The position numbers and the translations under genes were made by a program. A stretch of 63,765 nt of DNA, filler included, from Folioceros fuciformis (taxonomy: Eukaryota), in assembly GCA_049999805.1 (NCBI GenBank). It is 3 parts of 3 records of this genome, joined end to end, with 100 filler letters (N's around TTAATTAATTAA, not from the genome) between each part and the next. Parts side by side here need not be neighbours in the genome. Positions count along the whole stretch, not along the records: positions 1 to 29,880 come from JBNGIO010006131.1; 2 more parts are not named here. The stretch is one strand, 5' to 3'. The notes below the pieces were generated by a model. That model was not told where the DNA came from, ran no database searches, and saw nothing but the letters and a program-made list of their open reading frames with translations. Below are positions 1-14,054 of this stretch, in pieces (position 1 is the stretch's first letter; each line of letters starts with the position of its first letter).

Positions 1-1640
1 GGCGTAAGGTCTTGCCCCCATGACGAACTATACTTTGAACGTGATCTGAAAGAACAAAAAAGTAGAATATGGTGGTCTGAAGATGCTAAAGTTGCACAAT
101 AGTTGTTGCTTTCTATCTTGTTCTCCCTAAAACGCATTTTGTCATTAGCCCTAAAAGTCACTTTGGGCCCAAAAGAATCTTTTTATCTCTAAACAATGGA
201 GGCTGCCTTCATTCCTTAGGAGCCCTTAACAAATTCTGCTAAGTTTTGTGAAAGAGTTTCTCTCGTAGAAGAATGAAAGCATGGCTGGAATTAGAACTTC
301 AAACAAGCAAGTTCCCTCAATTTCATTGAACCCCAGAGCATAAGAAGTTTTTGTAGGATCTAACGAGGATATTCTATCACTACCTTCTTTTGAAAATTGA
401 AGTGATAGGTCTCTCTCTCAATGGAGCCTGATCGAACTGCCCAACAATAACAATAGTACTTAAATAAGTTGATGCACATGTACGACAGGAGTGGATTTCG
501 AAAGGTCATCTATCTTTCAACACTGTGAACATAGTTTGTGTGATTATATGAAGGCTTACTAGTCTGATGAAATAATTTTGAAGCCCTTGAAATTTGAACT
601 TCTAGCTCTAACAATATGTGATGCAAGTACGCTAACGAAACATTCCTATTTAAGTGGGAATGCAACATCACCCATATAGCTATCAGCGATGCATGCTCTT
701 TTCCATTAAAATAAGAACCTCATCACTCAGATGTGAAAATTAGTGAGTATCCTATTCGCCTCAACTTGGCTCGAGCCCCCCTCTATCCTCTTTAATATGC
801 TATATCCTAATCCCTTTCTCAGGATGTGAATTTTAGTACTTAAAACTCTACTTGAGGTGTACACATTGTTATTAGAAGTTCTCGGTGTCTTCAGGATTTA
901 GCAAGCACCTTTACCTCTACTAACACCACTACGTCTTCCCTTCTTCCTTTTGTAAGATGATTGTCCATGTGAGTTGGGGGATACCATCATGTCTTTAGAC
1001 TTATGCTCATGTGATTTAGCACGATACCTTTCCTTCACACAAAGATGCACAAATTTTCTCTACCATCTTTCTATGTCTTTATCACTTAATGCTTCTTTCA
1101 TGCCTCCATTCTTTGTTTCTTGTTTCCTTCTGCTCTATCATGCCTTTGCTTCCTTCCTCCTTGCATAGTCTTATATTCTATTGCTTTTACTTACTGCTTC
1201 CAAATTCATTCAAAATGCAGCTTTAACACTCGCCATCATTTGTTACCTCCTATACACTCTCCTTTATCATCACACTTCTTCTTTCCATGACATCCCCACC
1301 TCCATCTGTACTTTGTGTCAAGCACAACAACAATGGGTCTTCTTCGTCATCACATTCCTTCTTTCCATATCGTCCCCACCTCCATTATACTTTGCATCAC
1401 ACACCACAATGATGGGTAAGGTGTGCATCCTTGTGTTTCTAGCACCATATCCACACCCAAAAGTTCTCCATCTATTTAGATAGCCAAACGTCATCTCAAC
1501 CATCACTCTGTTTCCTAACATCTCCCTTTTGTTATGTCTTCCTTATGTGTAAGCATCCCATCTTTGTTGCCATTTGCTATCATTCCCCTCTTGTTGTGTT
1601 TGCATCGTTCTCTATCGGTCCTCTAGCCACCTCCTAGCTG

Positions 1641-1950
1641 CCATTTTGCTTTACCAAGCGACTAAAGTCTAAACTCATTTTGCTTCACCATGCTACTAAG
1701 TTAGTCTTACAGTGCTCCACTATGCCACTCCTATTCACTCCGTATGCTCCACTCTACACCATTTTGCTTTACCAAGCGACTAAAGTCTAAACCCATTACA
1801 CTACTCCACTATGGCGCTCCTATTCACTCGCTACACTCCATTCTACACCATTTTGCTTTACCACTTGACCAAAGTCTAAACCCATTTTGCTTCACCATGC
1901 TATTGAATTAGTCTGACACTGCTCCACTATGCCACTCCTATGCCACTCTT
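1641..1950. repeat. Degenerate tandem repeat, about 3 units of 90-120 bp
   Basis: The block CCATTTTGCTTTACCA...AAAGTCTAAA...CTCCACTATG recurs at about 1641, 1759 and 1848. Confidence 0.7.
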
Positions 1951-2630
1951 CAAACAACATACTAACCCTAAATGTAACCACAATCTCAAGGTTTGTTTGT
2001 GCTTAGCAAGCGTATCTCACATCCATCACTATAACCATTTTGCAAATGGTTGGCTCATCCATGGTCTATTTTCGGCACTAGCTTAAGCCATGGTTTTCAT
2101 TTATTATTTATATGGTTATAATATTTTAGTTTCTCAAAAAAACTTATTTAGCTTAATTTTAATTATTTTATTTTTATGTACTTCATTCATTATTTGTGTA
2201 GTATGATATTTTAGTTCCTCAAACCCTTAAGTATAATAATTAGGTAGCACCTCCTGTTGTGGTGGATGAGAGTGGAGTGACCAAGTGAGGGGGAAGAGAG
2301 CGCCAAGTGAGAAAAAAGGCCTTGACCTTAGGCTTGGGAGAAAGGAGGAGGTGGAGGCTAAGTAGGGACATGGGAGAGGGGGCCTTAACCTCATGCTTAG
2401 ACAAGTGGGAAGGGGAAGCACCTTTGCCAAAGGCTTGAGAGAGTAAGTAGGAAGGAGGAACGTAGGCCTCTATCATATGGCACGCGACACTCAATCTGTG
2501 TATGTCAAGGGCCCTTGCCTAGTGTGCTTTAAACTTTATTTCATGGTGTTAAGCATGATCGCTTGGTTGCATGCAAATAATAATTAATTAATAATTATGG
2601 TATACTAATAAATACTATTTGTGGTAATCA

Positions 2631-2660
2631 ATATAATATAATATAATATAATATAATATA
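2631..2660. repeat. (ATATA)n microsatellite
   Basis: ATATAATATAATATA run seen directly. Confidence 0.85.
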
Positions 2661-3608
2661 AAGTCAACAACAAGATAGACACACAACTAGATGTGTGGAC
2701 GTGGTTGCAATAGGTCCAAGTATTAGGCATAAAGGCCTAGTTTAGTAGTATTTGCTGCAGCTATTATCTTGTATTCTCTTGAATGTGTTTTTTCTGGAAT
2801 AGGCTTTTTCTTGAAAGAGCGCTCTTGTGAGTGCATCATCTTGGAAGTGCTTTCTCTTTTATGGAAATTTGATTCAAGTGTGCATATGCATAGCTTACAA
2901 GAACATATGACTTGGTTGAGGATTTGAGAAGCCCAGCTACAGCTCTAAGAAGTGTAGATGTAGGTGGTGAAGATTTTGTGGTGTCTGAAGAAAGCAAACT
3001 CCTTACTTTTACAAGCTTATAACTACATGCAATGCTTAATGTATATAATGTCGTGTGGTGTAAATAGTTATTAACTAATGAACCAAACATGAGTGCGATG
3101 TTTAGTGGCACAGCACACGAAGCGTCTACGGGTGAAAAATCACATTGGTCGTAAGCATAAGGACTTCAATAGGACCACTTGGGTGGCACAGATGCGGCTT
3201 GCTTCTTCTTCTAAACCAATTGCCAATCCTCTTCCAACAGATCCCCTAGGGCTGCCCCTAAAGGCTTGGTTGTGCTTGCAAAGGCAATTTAATTACTTGT
3301 TGGCTCTTTTCCATGCTTGTTTTCCATGTTCTCACCTCTTTCGATGTCTCCCTAGGCGCCTACATGATAATGTTCACCTTACTGCCCCATGGATTTCTTG
3401 AGGAGGTTTGTTTGACACAATTTACGACCATTTTCGAGATTATTTTTCTCCAAAGGGTCCTTCAAATGGCTTTTTACACTGGCAACTGCTGTGGTTAGGA
3501 GCAAGTTTCTTTATCGAATCTCTCAGGTTTTGGCAACTAGTAGGCTGCTAGTGATGGAAGTATGCCCTCAGGAGTATGCCCTATAGTTGTGCGGGAGGAG
3601 TTTCTACA

Positions 3609-3833
3609 CCTCATCAACCAGAGTATCGCAATTCAACTTCGAGAGCACTTCCAAACACATCTCACACCCCACTAAGTTTGGAACCTCATCAACCAGAGTA
3701 TCACAATTCAACTTCGAGAGCACTTCCAAACATATCTCACACCCCACTAAGTTTGGAACTTCATCAACCAGAGTATCACAATTCAACTTCGAGAGCACTT
3801 CCGAACACATCTCACACCCCACTAAGTTTGGAA
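3609..3833. repeat. 75-bp tandem repeat, 3 copies
   Basis: CCTCATCAACCAGAGTATC...CCACTAAGTTTGGAA three times, near identical. Confidence 0.95.
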
Positions 3834-4334
3834 TTGCTACTCTAGGTGGGTGCGAGTTTGGTGCCCTTGGCATCCTGACCTCTTTGGAGTCACATCCTTG
3901 TTGGGTAGCTTGTTTTTTTGTGGAAGAAAATTCTTACAGCTCACGTTGGAAGATGATAACAAAAAATTGAGGATGAACTAAAACAAGTCACGCAGTCTAT
4001 TGTCTTGTCGCTGCCTAGCCTGCTCTATAAAACAAAATATGTCAAAATTCTCTAGGGGCATGAGTGTTCGTAGTTATACCTGTAGTTATACCTGTCCAAA
4101 TGATTGCGTGCAGTACAGAAAAATAAATTAATAAAAATTACATCAATTTGAGGAACTCAAATATTATAACATGTGAAAAATAAATGAAAACCGTGGCGTA
4201 AGCTGGTGCCGGAAATAGACCAGGAGGAGGCAGCCATTCGCACAGGCACGCATGCTTAGCGCAGACAGACCTTGAGACTGCCGTTATATTACGGTCAAAC
4301 AGTTAGTTATGTTCCCTGGACTCGGAATGAAGCA

Positions 4335-7080
4335 TCAAACACTTGCACCCGCAGCATCATGACCCATGTTCCCGAAATTGTGCCCGGCTCCGAATCCCAT
4401 GTGCCCCAGCAGCACCCAGATGTGGGTGATGAATTCCCCGCCCTCCGTGAGCAGCTCCACATGCTCCTTGGCCTTCTCAGCCACAGCTATGGAGATGAGG
4501 AGGTCCGCCCACACATTCCCCAGCATCTCCCACATCTGGGCCCTCATCTGGTCGCTACTCTCCTTTTTCGAAGGAGAAAAGCTTTTACGCAATTGCGACG
4601 CAAGGAGTCTCCCAGCCTTCCATGGCTCGTGGGCATAGTGTTGCGGATGCTCGTTGGCACGCCACTCGTGGAGATCGTCCGCGTTGTCGTCCAGAAGCGT
4701 CCTGGAAGCCAGAGTTCCCTCCGCCTGCGTGTGGCTGCTGTTGTGCGTCGCAAGATTGGGAAGGTGGAGTCGGCGCTGGAGTTCGTGATTGGTGCGCCAG
4801 AACACCTCCTTGGCCAGGGCGACGTTGGAGGGCAGCAACTGCGTCCGCTCCTTGAGCAGGTACAGAGTGTACCGCGACATGTACTGCGACATCTCTTTGT
4901 CGTTCTCGGCCTTAGCGGAGGAGAAATCGTTGCTGCCCCAAATCATTGCCTTCAGCATATTCCAAATCCTGTGGATTTGGAATATGTTGCGTTCCTGGTA
5001 GTTCTCCTCGCGGTTGATCTCGTAGGCCTCGCACAGGCTGGTGGCCACGTGCCATGTGACTATGGCGTTCTCCAGGTCCGTGCTGCTGGCCCACGCGAAG
5101 TTCTTTGGATGACGCCGGTCGTTTTTCGGGGTGTTAGCGGCGTAATAGCCGGAGAGAGTGTACCCGGGAACGGAGGCCATGGTGTCCTTCAGATCCCGCA
5201 GCTGCCACATCTCTTCTGAGCCCTTCTTGGCCGACTGATTCTTCACCTGGTGCAGGAGCTTGCACCTGTCGAACACCTTGCCTAGTAGGAAAACCTTGAA
5301 GGCCCGCACCTTGGGCTTCGGGACCCTCTGCCTGTCGTCGAATTCCTTCCCTCGGACAGGGATCATGGAGACCTGCCCGAACCGGTGCCTCCAATACCTG
5401 CGCCTGAAGAACCCAAAAATCTTGAGGTTCACCACCGAGAGGCATAATAGGGCCACCTTACCCATGAAGGTCCAAAAGTAAGTGAGCATTTGCTTGGGCC
5501 AAGAGAGGGTGTCGTTTTGGAGAAGGTTGCCCCCTTGTCACCTGCCTGCGACAGATGACATACGCGCAGGTTAGCCAGACTCTCGTCCAGTCGGTGAGGA
5601 GCAGCCTTACCAGCTGGTAAACCTCCACCAGGATAATGAAGGCGAACAGGGTCCATGTCACTATTCCAGCCACGCCGTTTGGCTGGAGGTCCTTCTCCCC
5701 TTGCTTGAAGACAATCACAGAGCATGTGATGATGACGGAGAGGGAAAAGGCTCGGGAGGCCGGGCCGACCCATGTGTATGCTGTGCCATACGATTTGGTG
5801 AACATGCTGTCGAACAGGAAGCGGAGCTCCATGTCCAGGACGTCGACGAGTCTGTCCCTTGGAGGTTTTGAAGGATTTTGAGACCGGTCTTGGATAGCTG
5901 CTGAGCTTGATGATGATGATGACTCTCCCCACAGCTCATTGAATAATGTTCCGATCTTGTTCTTTTCCCACTCGTACATGTACAGGTTTGTGAGCCGTCT
6001 GCGGTACATCTTGAAGAGAGCAAAGGCTATGCAGATGTCCACCACTTTCCTGCCGTGGCCCGGATTCTGCCCCTGAAGTGCTTCTGTGAGGTCCATCACC
6101 TCTGAGACCATCACCACCGCGAAGCACTCTCTGATCTTTCGTTGCACTGCCGCCCCGCCGCCTTCGGGCTCAATTGGGAACGTTGGAGACCAGTTGGTGA
6201 ACAGGGCCTCGCACCATTTCTGTTTCTGCAAGAAATCCAGCACGTGGTGGTACCATTTCGGAGTGTTGAAAGCGTGATCGTATGCCCCTTTCTCTCCTAA
6301 TACGAAGTAGTTGTATGCTCCATTAGATTCGACAGACACAAGCTCGTGCTTCATGAGTTTGTAAAGGGGGCGGGCCGCCTCGTCCAGATGGTCCTGGCTA
6401 CCATGGTACAGAGCCACAGTTCGCTCTCCGTACTTCACAGTTCCCACTATAGCCAGAATCAGGCTGATCCAGAGGATGGTGCCGTGTGCCGAGGAGAACA
6501 CCACATAGAACGCCGTGACCACCTGCCCAGCCAGCGACATCACGAGTCCACTCTGCATGGGCTGTACAAAATGGAGAAAGGGTAAGGATGGTGGAACCAA
6601 ACCTGCAAGATCATCTGAAAGCCATGCCTCTTCCAGAGCTCGGCATCGGCTATGGAGTAGGCACTGATGTTGTCAGGCCCTCCCAGGTGGAATAGCAGGA
6701 TGGCAGCCCAGACCCCGTACACCTCCTTCCGTTCGTCACATAGTTTTCCCAAAGCTCCCAGGGTGTAGACAGCCACTGCATCCGCCGTGTTGTAGGCCAG
6801 CCAAGAGACAGCTTGTAGAGATCTAAACCACTTCCTGCTGCCCCCTGTGCAGATCTGCACCACCTGCAGAACAATGCTGATCATCATCAGCGTGGGCAAC
6901 ATCCACTGAGACTTGAAATGATTCTCCCAGTTAGGGGATTCGACAGGCGAGGCCTGGGCTTGGCTTGAAATCCGAGGCAAGTATTGCAACACCATGGCAG
7001 CGATCACAACCACTCCCTTGCCTCCCACAGAGGGTCTACTTGCTCTGCTGCGTCTCATCCTGCTGCCGATACTCCCCATC
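4335..7080 (-). CDS. DUF4220/DUF594-domain membrane protein (start uncertain)
   Basis: N-terminal WLAYNTADAVAVYTLG...LFHLGGPDNISAYSIADAELWKRH (DUF4220) and C-terminal WADLLISIA...HVELLTEGGEFITHIWVLLGHMG (DUF594). GT-AG intron 6602-6523 and a possible 49-nt intron 5541-5493 join the three ORFs in frame. Confidence 0.85.
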
Positions 7081-8408
7081 CCAGATTCCTTGGCCCTAGT
7101 TGCGTAATCGAAATCCAACTTGATTCCTTGATCCACTGAATCAGAACTCAAACTACACACACGTCACTCCCTCGTCTCCACCTGCAGCTGACGCCTGCCG
7201 ATCACCGATTGCTCCATCCGGGCCTTCACATCCACTTACGTTGCCTCCTTCACCGGCACCACCTCCTGATGAGTAATCCTGCCTGACGCCGGAATACAGA
7301 GCTTGCACTCTGTGCTTTGCCCTGGCACTGGAGATTTCACACACTTTGCCTCCGTAAATACAACTCTTCTCCGGGACCGTCCGCGTGCAGCCTCCACTCC
7401 TCAACGTCTCAGCGTGACCTGAATTGACCTCCAATACGCGCTCCTCAGGAGGCTACCCTCCGAGCTGGATTCATCCCTCATTATTCCCTCTGTGCAGGGG
7501 AAATCATCCCACCACCCATTACCGCCCATTACCGCCCATCGTCACGATCGCAACCAGTCTCCCCGCCAGCAGCATACAGTACATCCAATGACCACGGGCC
7601 AATGGGGGAATGTGTGTCGTCAAATTGAGAGATGGGCGCAGCTTTCTCAAGCAGGATGCGTGGTTCTGGGAAGCGACCATCGATGCGTAACGTTCCCGCT
7701 TCACAAAAGTTTTATAAAGTCGACCCAATACACGTGCTCCGTTGTGACACTTTGTAGAGCTTCCTCCGGCTGCGGAACACAGACCTGGTCCCACACGGAG
7801 ACTTCGGACACGGAGACTTCGGACATGGAATCTGGAGTCTTGGGCCCATATCCGACTGGGACTCTTCTCAGAAGTTTACTTACTTCAGAGACTGGATTCC
7901 TCTGATATGTCTGGATGTTCGGACAAGGAAGCAAACTGTCCCGAATCACAACAGATTTATAACAGACGAGCCAGTACACGTGCAGACCTTTCCCCACGCA
8001 GAGATTTAGTATGTACTGTATTTGATGCAGATACTATTCCTGGGGAAAACGATTGTGCACCATTTTCGAATCGGTGATGGGAAGTCATAACCTTGGCCAT
8101 ATCCCACTGGGACCCTGCAGTTCCTCCACAATCACAACTCACAATCAAACTGTTGTCCCGCTAGTTCCTCTCACAGCTCAGCTATACCAGCTTGGAGAGC
8201 ACGCCGACGAGGTATTGCGCACTTACGAAGAATGCATACACGGCCTCAGTCTAACAAAATTGAGGGGCCCTCGAGCCAATAGGCAATGGATACCTCACCC
8301 ATGGCCTCAGAGATCAACTGCAATACACAGATTCAGATCTGGGCCGGGACAGAGGGCTGGGAAAGGAAAAGCTCTACATAATGCCAGTGTTTCACATTTC
8401 GGGGCGCA

Positions 8409-10729
8409 CTACATCTCTATTTTCTTCGTCTTTCTTTTCTTGGCCGGTTCTTCTGCTGGACGTGGAGGTGCTTCCGCTGGCTCCACTACCTTTGCCTCTT
8501 CCTTTCTAGCCTTCTTGGGCTTCTTACTCGAAGCTGCTGCCTTGCCGTTGGATTCTGGGGCAAGGGCAACTTCGGTAGCACCGTTGGCGGCTTCCACCTT
8601 GCTGTCTTTCTTCTTTCTCTTCTTGTTCTTCTTCTGTGTGTCTTCGGCAGCAGGAACTGCGCAGAGGACAAGGTATCGCAAACCCCAAAAAAACGTCAGC
8701 CTAAGGTTTAGGAAAAATATCCAAGGCCAAGAACAGCGGTCAGGTAGTTTCTCTTAAACAAAATGGAAAACAGTGGCGGGTTATTATTACCTTCTCCATC
8801 CGCAGCTGATGTGGGAGTGGCATCCACATCCATAGGAGCTTCAGCCGCAGCCGCCTTTACTGCTTCGTGCATGACTTGTATGTTCTTCCGAGGTGCAACA
8901 CCTTTGTCATAGAATTCTAGTCTCTCTTCCACTTGCTCTCTGAGCTTCTCACCAAAGACACTGGTCGCGACCTCTGAAACAAACGGGCAGCAACAATCAC
9001 CGAAAGTTCCTCCACAATCACAACAATGTCAGCATCTGTGTAATCTGGTAGCACCAGTAAGGGAAAGGTATGCACTGAACCTGAAAAGCAGTCGATCCTA
9101 GAGGCTATTGAGCATTTGTTGGCCAGATATCGAGATATGCGCCCTTTATTTCTGGTTGAAGCCCTCCCAATGAAGGTGGAATGAAAAATAAGTCCGTACT
9201 TAGGAGTTTTGCCCTTAGTTTTCAAGGCCCTGGACAAGAAATACCAACTACAAAGTTCAGGCACCACCACCAAATCAACACGTACAGGTGTGAACTGATT
9301 CTATGATTGTTACCTGAAGAGAGCCTTTTCAGCACCCAAAATTTGCACCGTTGATGCAGCACACTTGGCCAGATTAGTTAGACTACCAGCCTGCGAAATC
9401 AACCGTGCGCCTACACTTTCTCCAATCAATGCAGCAAGATTCGGGGCCACAGCTGACATTTTTGACACCAGATATGTGTGCAGCTGTTTCCGATAATCCG
9501 CCAGACTGACTACTCTATCCGCAAAGTTCTCAATGCTGAGCAGGTCCATGGGAGAAATGTCTTGACCTGTACAAGGAAGCAACATCAGCGGCGAATGGTG
9601 CACAATCCATGGTAGATTAAAGCCAACAAGTCAACTGTGCAAGAACAACTCGAGGCAAATGGTTGGATATGGAGATTGCATACCCATGGATGCTTTTGCC
9701 GCTTCTATGATTGCAATTGCCTTCTCTTCCTCTCCAACAAGTTCTGTCAGATCCGCTAGCGCTTCCTCAGTGAGCTTGGACTTGTCCTTGATGTACTTAG
9801 CCACTTTTGCATATGAGTAATTGTCGTTGACAATCTTGACCAATTCTGGGAAGTGCCAGGAGTACCATTCTCTGTCCACCGTCCACAGTGACAGAACTGT
9901 GAGACTTCCGACCAAGGCACAATCTGAGCACATTACAGGAGCCTTCAGCGATAGAAATCAAAAGCCACAGTTATCACCTGACTCGCATACAGAAGGTGTT
10001 GATATCCTTGTCCAAATTATCAAGCAACGCAATAGCTTGTATGATCATATTGTCCACACGGTTGACATTGAATTTCACTTTGGACCTGCTGTAACCATGG
10101 GCAAGCCCTAGTTGAGCTTTTTGGAGGTCACCCTCCTGCAGAAGCACGAAGCTTTTAAGCACATCAAGCATCAAACGCCCTCACGGCAGACCCTCAAACA
10201 GGAGAATCACCAAACACTAGTATCAACCTTCAAGTCCTTGACAAACCGCTCGAAATGAAGACGGATCCCCCTGAAAAATTCCAACATGAAATCATTGCAG
10301 ATGCAAGGAACTCCCAGCGTCTCCAGAACCGATGATCCCAGTTTGGGGTCAGCAACTCCGAGATTAAACTTCGGCTTCTTCCCCTGCTTCACCTTGGGAA
10401 GGTTGAACACCAGAAAATTTGAGAGCTCCGGAGTCAAAGCACCTGCCAATCCCACCGTGTAAGAACAAAAAGCCCTCCGAATTCCTGCCCAACGCAAGAG
10501 GTTGCAAGGCGGGCATCTACTCACTCTCAGAGAGAGCATTAGCCTGCTCCACCGCTTCTGCCGCTGAGCCGAAAGGCTTGAAGGAAGTGAGCTTCACGAC
10601 CTTCCCGAACCTGGTAAGGTCGGTCACGGAATCCTGCACTGCTTGAGCGTTTTGCCCTATCTCATCCAATCCGTGAGCTTCGAAAAGGGCGTACCCTGAG
10701 GCCGACTCAAAGAGCAGATACAGCGCCAT
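8409..10729 (-). CDS. NOP56: Nucleolar protein 56 (box C/D snoRNP), multi-exon
   Basis: [104 protein letters not shown] and a K/E-rich tail. Confidence 0.97.
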
Positions 10730-11267
10730 AGCCGCAACTTGGTTCAAGCTCGGCACCAGAACTGGATTATATCCAAGCTTCGGTATACTCTCACCCCCTA
10801 TTGAGAACGAAGCTGCTATCCTAATGTGACTTCACGAGAAAGGCCATATCTATACATGCATGGCTCTCGAGGCGGGATAGCTGTCTACCAGTCCTATACC
10901 TCACCGGAAGCATTACCACATCAATCCCTGCCTGGAACTCCAGGGCAGCACTTGTTGCCCGTTTCGGGCGACTCATGAAGGCTTAGGGCTTATGCTTGAA
11001 TCATTAGGGCTTTGTGTTGGGTTCGGATTTAGGCTCGAGGTCCGGGTTGGGGTTCGGGTTATGGGGCAAAGTTCAGTCTCAAGACAGTCTACACAGACTG
11101 CATCGATTCACCTCACGTCCTCCCTTCCCGTGGAGTGAGAAGGATTTGCATTAACTGCTGGAAGTTGCCCCGGTAATCGTTGGTGCAAACCGCTACAGGA
11201 GACCTTTGGGCCAGCGACATTTCCGTCGCCGACGCCGCAATCGATTTGGCTCAGGGATTTCATCGTG

Positions 11268-11925
11268 ATGGTGAGCTTTGTCAAATCAAGGGCACAAGGA
11301 TGGAGTGCTTTGCTTACTGCTGCTGTGTTTTTCGGAGTTAGCGGAAGTCCAGGCATAGGAACTTACCGGTGTCACTGGTTTTCAAATTTTAGGCCATGTT
11401 CATCAGAGTGAAGCGGAAGAAGACGACGTATTTTGTGCATTGTGATCCGTCAGAGACAGTCCTCGACATCAAGGAAAAGTTGCAGGTGCTCACTGACAAC
11501 CACGTGGACCGTCAACGGCTCGTTCTGATCTCGGCTCAGCAATCTCACGTTTTGGATGACTCAAAAACCCTTGCTGATCAAAAGGTTTGCGTTGCAGCTT
11601 ATTGTGTTAGAGGCCTGTGATTCGTCTTTCGTGGCCGATGATTAGTGCTAGGGAGATGTGTGATTTGTGTGTCCCTGGAGGATTGTGTCCATGACAGCCT
11701 CGCCGGACATGTGCAGGTTGAAAATGATGCTGTCGTGGCATTGACGTTGAAACTCCCAGGTATGTGCGCAAAACTGGGGAAGTCTGAGGTTTTTGCTTCC
11801 ACAGACAGCGCACAATCTTTCTCAAGTTGTTTACTTTGTGGTGATGTGCAGACAGCAATAACTGGGAGGCAGTGATGATAGACAAACCATCCAAACAGCA
11901 GAACGTCTATTCCATGGACGACTGA
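11268..11925 (+). CDS. Ubiquitin-like Elongin-B-like protein, 4 exons
   Basis: ATG|GT micro-exon at 11268, then AMFIRVKRKKTTYFVHCDPSETVLDIKEKL...LDDSKTLADQK|VENDAVVALTLK; last exon ends in TGA at 11925. Confidence 0.85.
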
Positions 11926-12379
11926 GCCTACCTTGGCCTTGCTGACAACCCCTCTTTCCTTGACAACGAGGGAAGGCAGCTGCAGTTTGAAAGTCGTTTG
12001 CCTCTTCGTGCGTACGCCATCCAAGCTTGGTTCACCAGCGTTCACTTCCTTCACCTACTCCTCCTCCTCCTTCGGTTGTTTGTAGATGGAATTAACGGAA
12101 CGAAAATGACGATGTATTTAGGTAATCTATATCGGCACGTTGTAATTATCTTTCAAGAAGAAGTTCTGTAGTGCGGTGATCTGACTTACCTTTCCGAATA
12201 CCTTTCCGAATCCGATTCAACCTGTCCCTGTGAGACCTCGTCTGCGAATGTGGTTCGAGCAGAAGCAGCGAGCCCGCGATGGAACCAGTTTCAGTGCCAA
12301 GTTGGAGCAAGCCCAGCTGACGGCCTTGGGATGCAATTACAAAGGTGTGGACATCATTTGTTTCAGGCAACCACCCGAG

Positions 12380-12865
12380 TCAGAAGTTGGCAGCACTGTC
12401 ATCTAGCTGCGAGGGGTCCTCAATGTTCACTTCCAATATCTCAGGAATCCGGGAGCGCAAGAAGGAAGCCAGCCGCGCAAGAACCATCGATCTCTGGTGC
12501 CAGAACCGTCCCCGCAGCCGCAACGTGACGAAGGGCCCGTCCACGTCTGCTAACTCCGCCACGCCGGTGATCCCCACTGCGTCATCGAACAGCTGCAAGA
12601 GCTCAGTCCTCGCCTCCACCAATACCTTCTCGATGTTCTCCTCCGTCAGGTCCAGCGGCTCCACCACACCGCTTCTGCACCGGCGCCTCATCTCCCGGCC
12701 CAGGCCTTGCTCTGTCCTCTGCCTCTGCACCCAGGCTCGCTCCTTTCCCCGCAGCAGCCTCAGAGCGCCAGTGCTGGCAGTGCCGGCTTGCACAACTCCT
12801 TGACAAGGAGAACGGCAGGGGAGGAAATGCGCGAGAGCTCCTGCGCAATGTATAGCCCCCGCCAT
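12380..12865 (-). CDS. Plastid NifU/NFU-domain protein, single exon
   Basis: Transit-peptide-like N-terminus, then PLDLTEENIEKVL...ELADVDGPFVTLRLRGRFWH...LRSRIPEILEV. Confidence 0.8.
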   Translation of the reverse strand: MAGAIHCAGALAHFLPCRSPCQGVVQAGTASTGALRLLRGKERAWVQRQRTEQGLGREMRRRCRSGVVEPLDLTEENIEKVLVEARTELLQLFDDAVGITGVAELADVDGPFVTLRLRGRFWHQRSMVLARLASFLRSRIPEILEVNIEDPSQLDDSAANF

Positions 12866-13562
12866 CTTCAGAGCTGATGGATGCAACGCAACTCTTGTTA
12901 GTGGAAGCCCTTTATATATGCATCCCAGGTGCGCTTCACGCGGAAGTCTCTTCTCTTAATCGCGTCAGCTTTTTTCTATAAAACGCGGCCACGATGAAGC
13001 CTGGTGTTCCACGCGGCAGGTTGTGATGACTACTTAGGTTGGTGCAAGGAAAGCCAAGCATGCAACGGGAAGGTGGTGACGCCTGTCCGTAAAGCAAGTT
13101 CAATAGTCTCCAAGACTTGTGTATTATGTAAAGTTCCACATACCAGTGCCAAATATCAGCACGACACACTAAGAGACTGGGCCCCTAACATGATTTTCAT
13201 CAAGGGGGCTACGAGAGACTTTGCCTGGAAAACTCATCAACGAAGTGTTCAGAACAAGCTCCAATGGCTTGATGAGAGGAGATCTTGTTGCAACCCGGAA
13301 TGCCCAGCTGCATTGCTTTTATTTTCCTCCGACTCGGTCTTACTTCTTTGCTGGCCTACCCCGCTGTGATGCGGGTGGTACACAGGTACAGTAGTCCCTC
13401 CAGAGCACAGGTATGAGCCGACGTTGAGACCAGCCCCCGCCCCCTCCTCCAACCAAGGATGCAGATGATGGACAAAACAACGCTGCCACAATGAGAGGAA
13501 ATGGACATGGCCAAGGTAGACCAATTCAAGTTCGAGTAGTCATCAATGCTCCGCCAACAACA

Positions 13563-14054
13563 TCACTGGAGCCGTACCCGCAAAGGCTCTATGAGGACAG
13601 GTCTGACGGACTTGGCATCGCACTCGGGGCCCTCATCGAAGTTAGAAATGGGGTACTTGGCGGAGAGGATGCCGACGGAGAAAACCAGATTGTCATTGCT
13701 AACCTCAATGCTGGTGATGCTGAGCCACACGAAGTACACCTTCACCTGAATGCCTCCCAGGTCCTTGAGCTTCCCATACTGCAACACCCCGGTGATGGTG
13801 TCCGCGTAGCTTACCGGCAGCTTCTCCCCGGGAATGGTGTAGGTGCATTTACCCGTCAGATGCACCACGAACCTGCCATTGCTCTGCAGGGTGTAGTCCA
13901 CCACAGTGTGGGGGAGAAGCCCTTTGGGGAAACCGTTCCGCTCCAGCTCCTCGTACGCTGTGATCTCCGTCCCAGCATGAGCCTGCCCCCGCCACAGCCA
14001 CGCCTGCAGCGCCACCAGGGCCACGCACAGCTTCTGCAGCATCCTCCCCTGCAT
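13563..14054 (-). CDS. DUF538 family protein with signal peptide
   Basis: TAYEELERNGFPKGLLPHTVVDYTL...YADTITGVLQYGKLKDLGGIQVKVYFVWLSI. Confidence 0.9.
   Translation of the reverse strand: MQGRMLQKLCVALVALQAWLWRGQAHAGTEITAYEELERNGFPKGLLPHTVVDYTLQSNGRFVVHLTGKCTYTIPGEKLPVSYADTITGVLQYGKLKDLGGIQVKVYFVWLSITSIEVSNDNLVFSVGILSAKYPISNFDEGPECDAKSVRPVLIEPLRVRLQ

Noticed and set aside
1-3550. AT-rich region with small ORFs, possibly old TE debris
   Set aside because: No recognisable domain or termini
3609-3833. Regular repeats (also 29686, 35365, 46329) as CRISPR-like arrays
   Set aside because: Units are head-to-tail with no unique spacers, there are no cas genes, and the context is eukaryotic
4272-5219. 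315-aa + strand ORF
   Set aside because: Antisense shadow of the DUF594 exon
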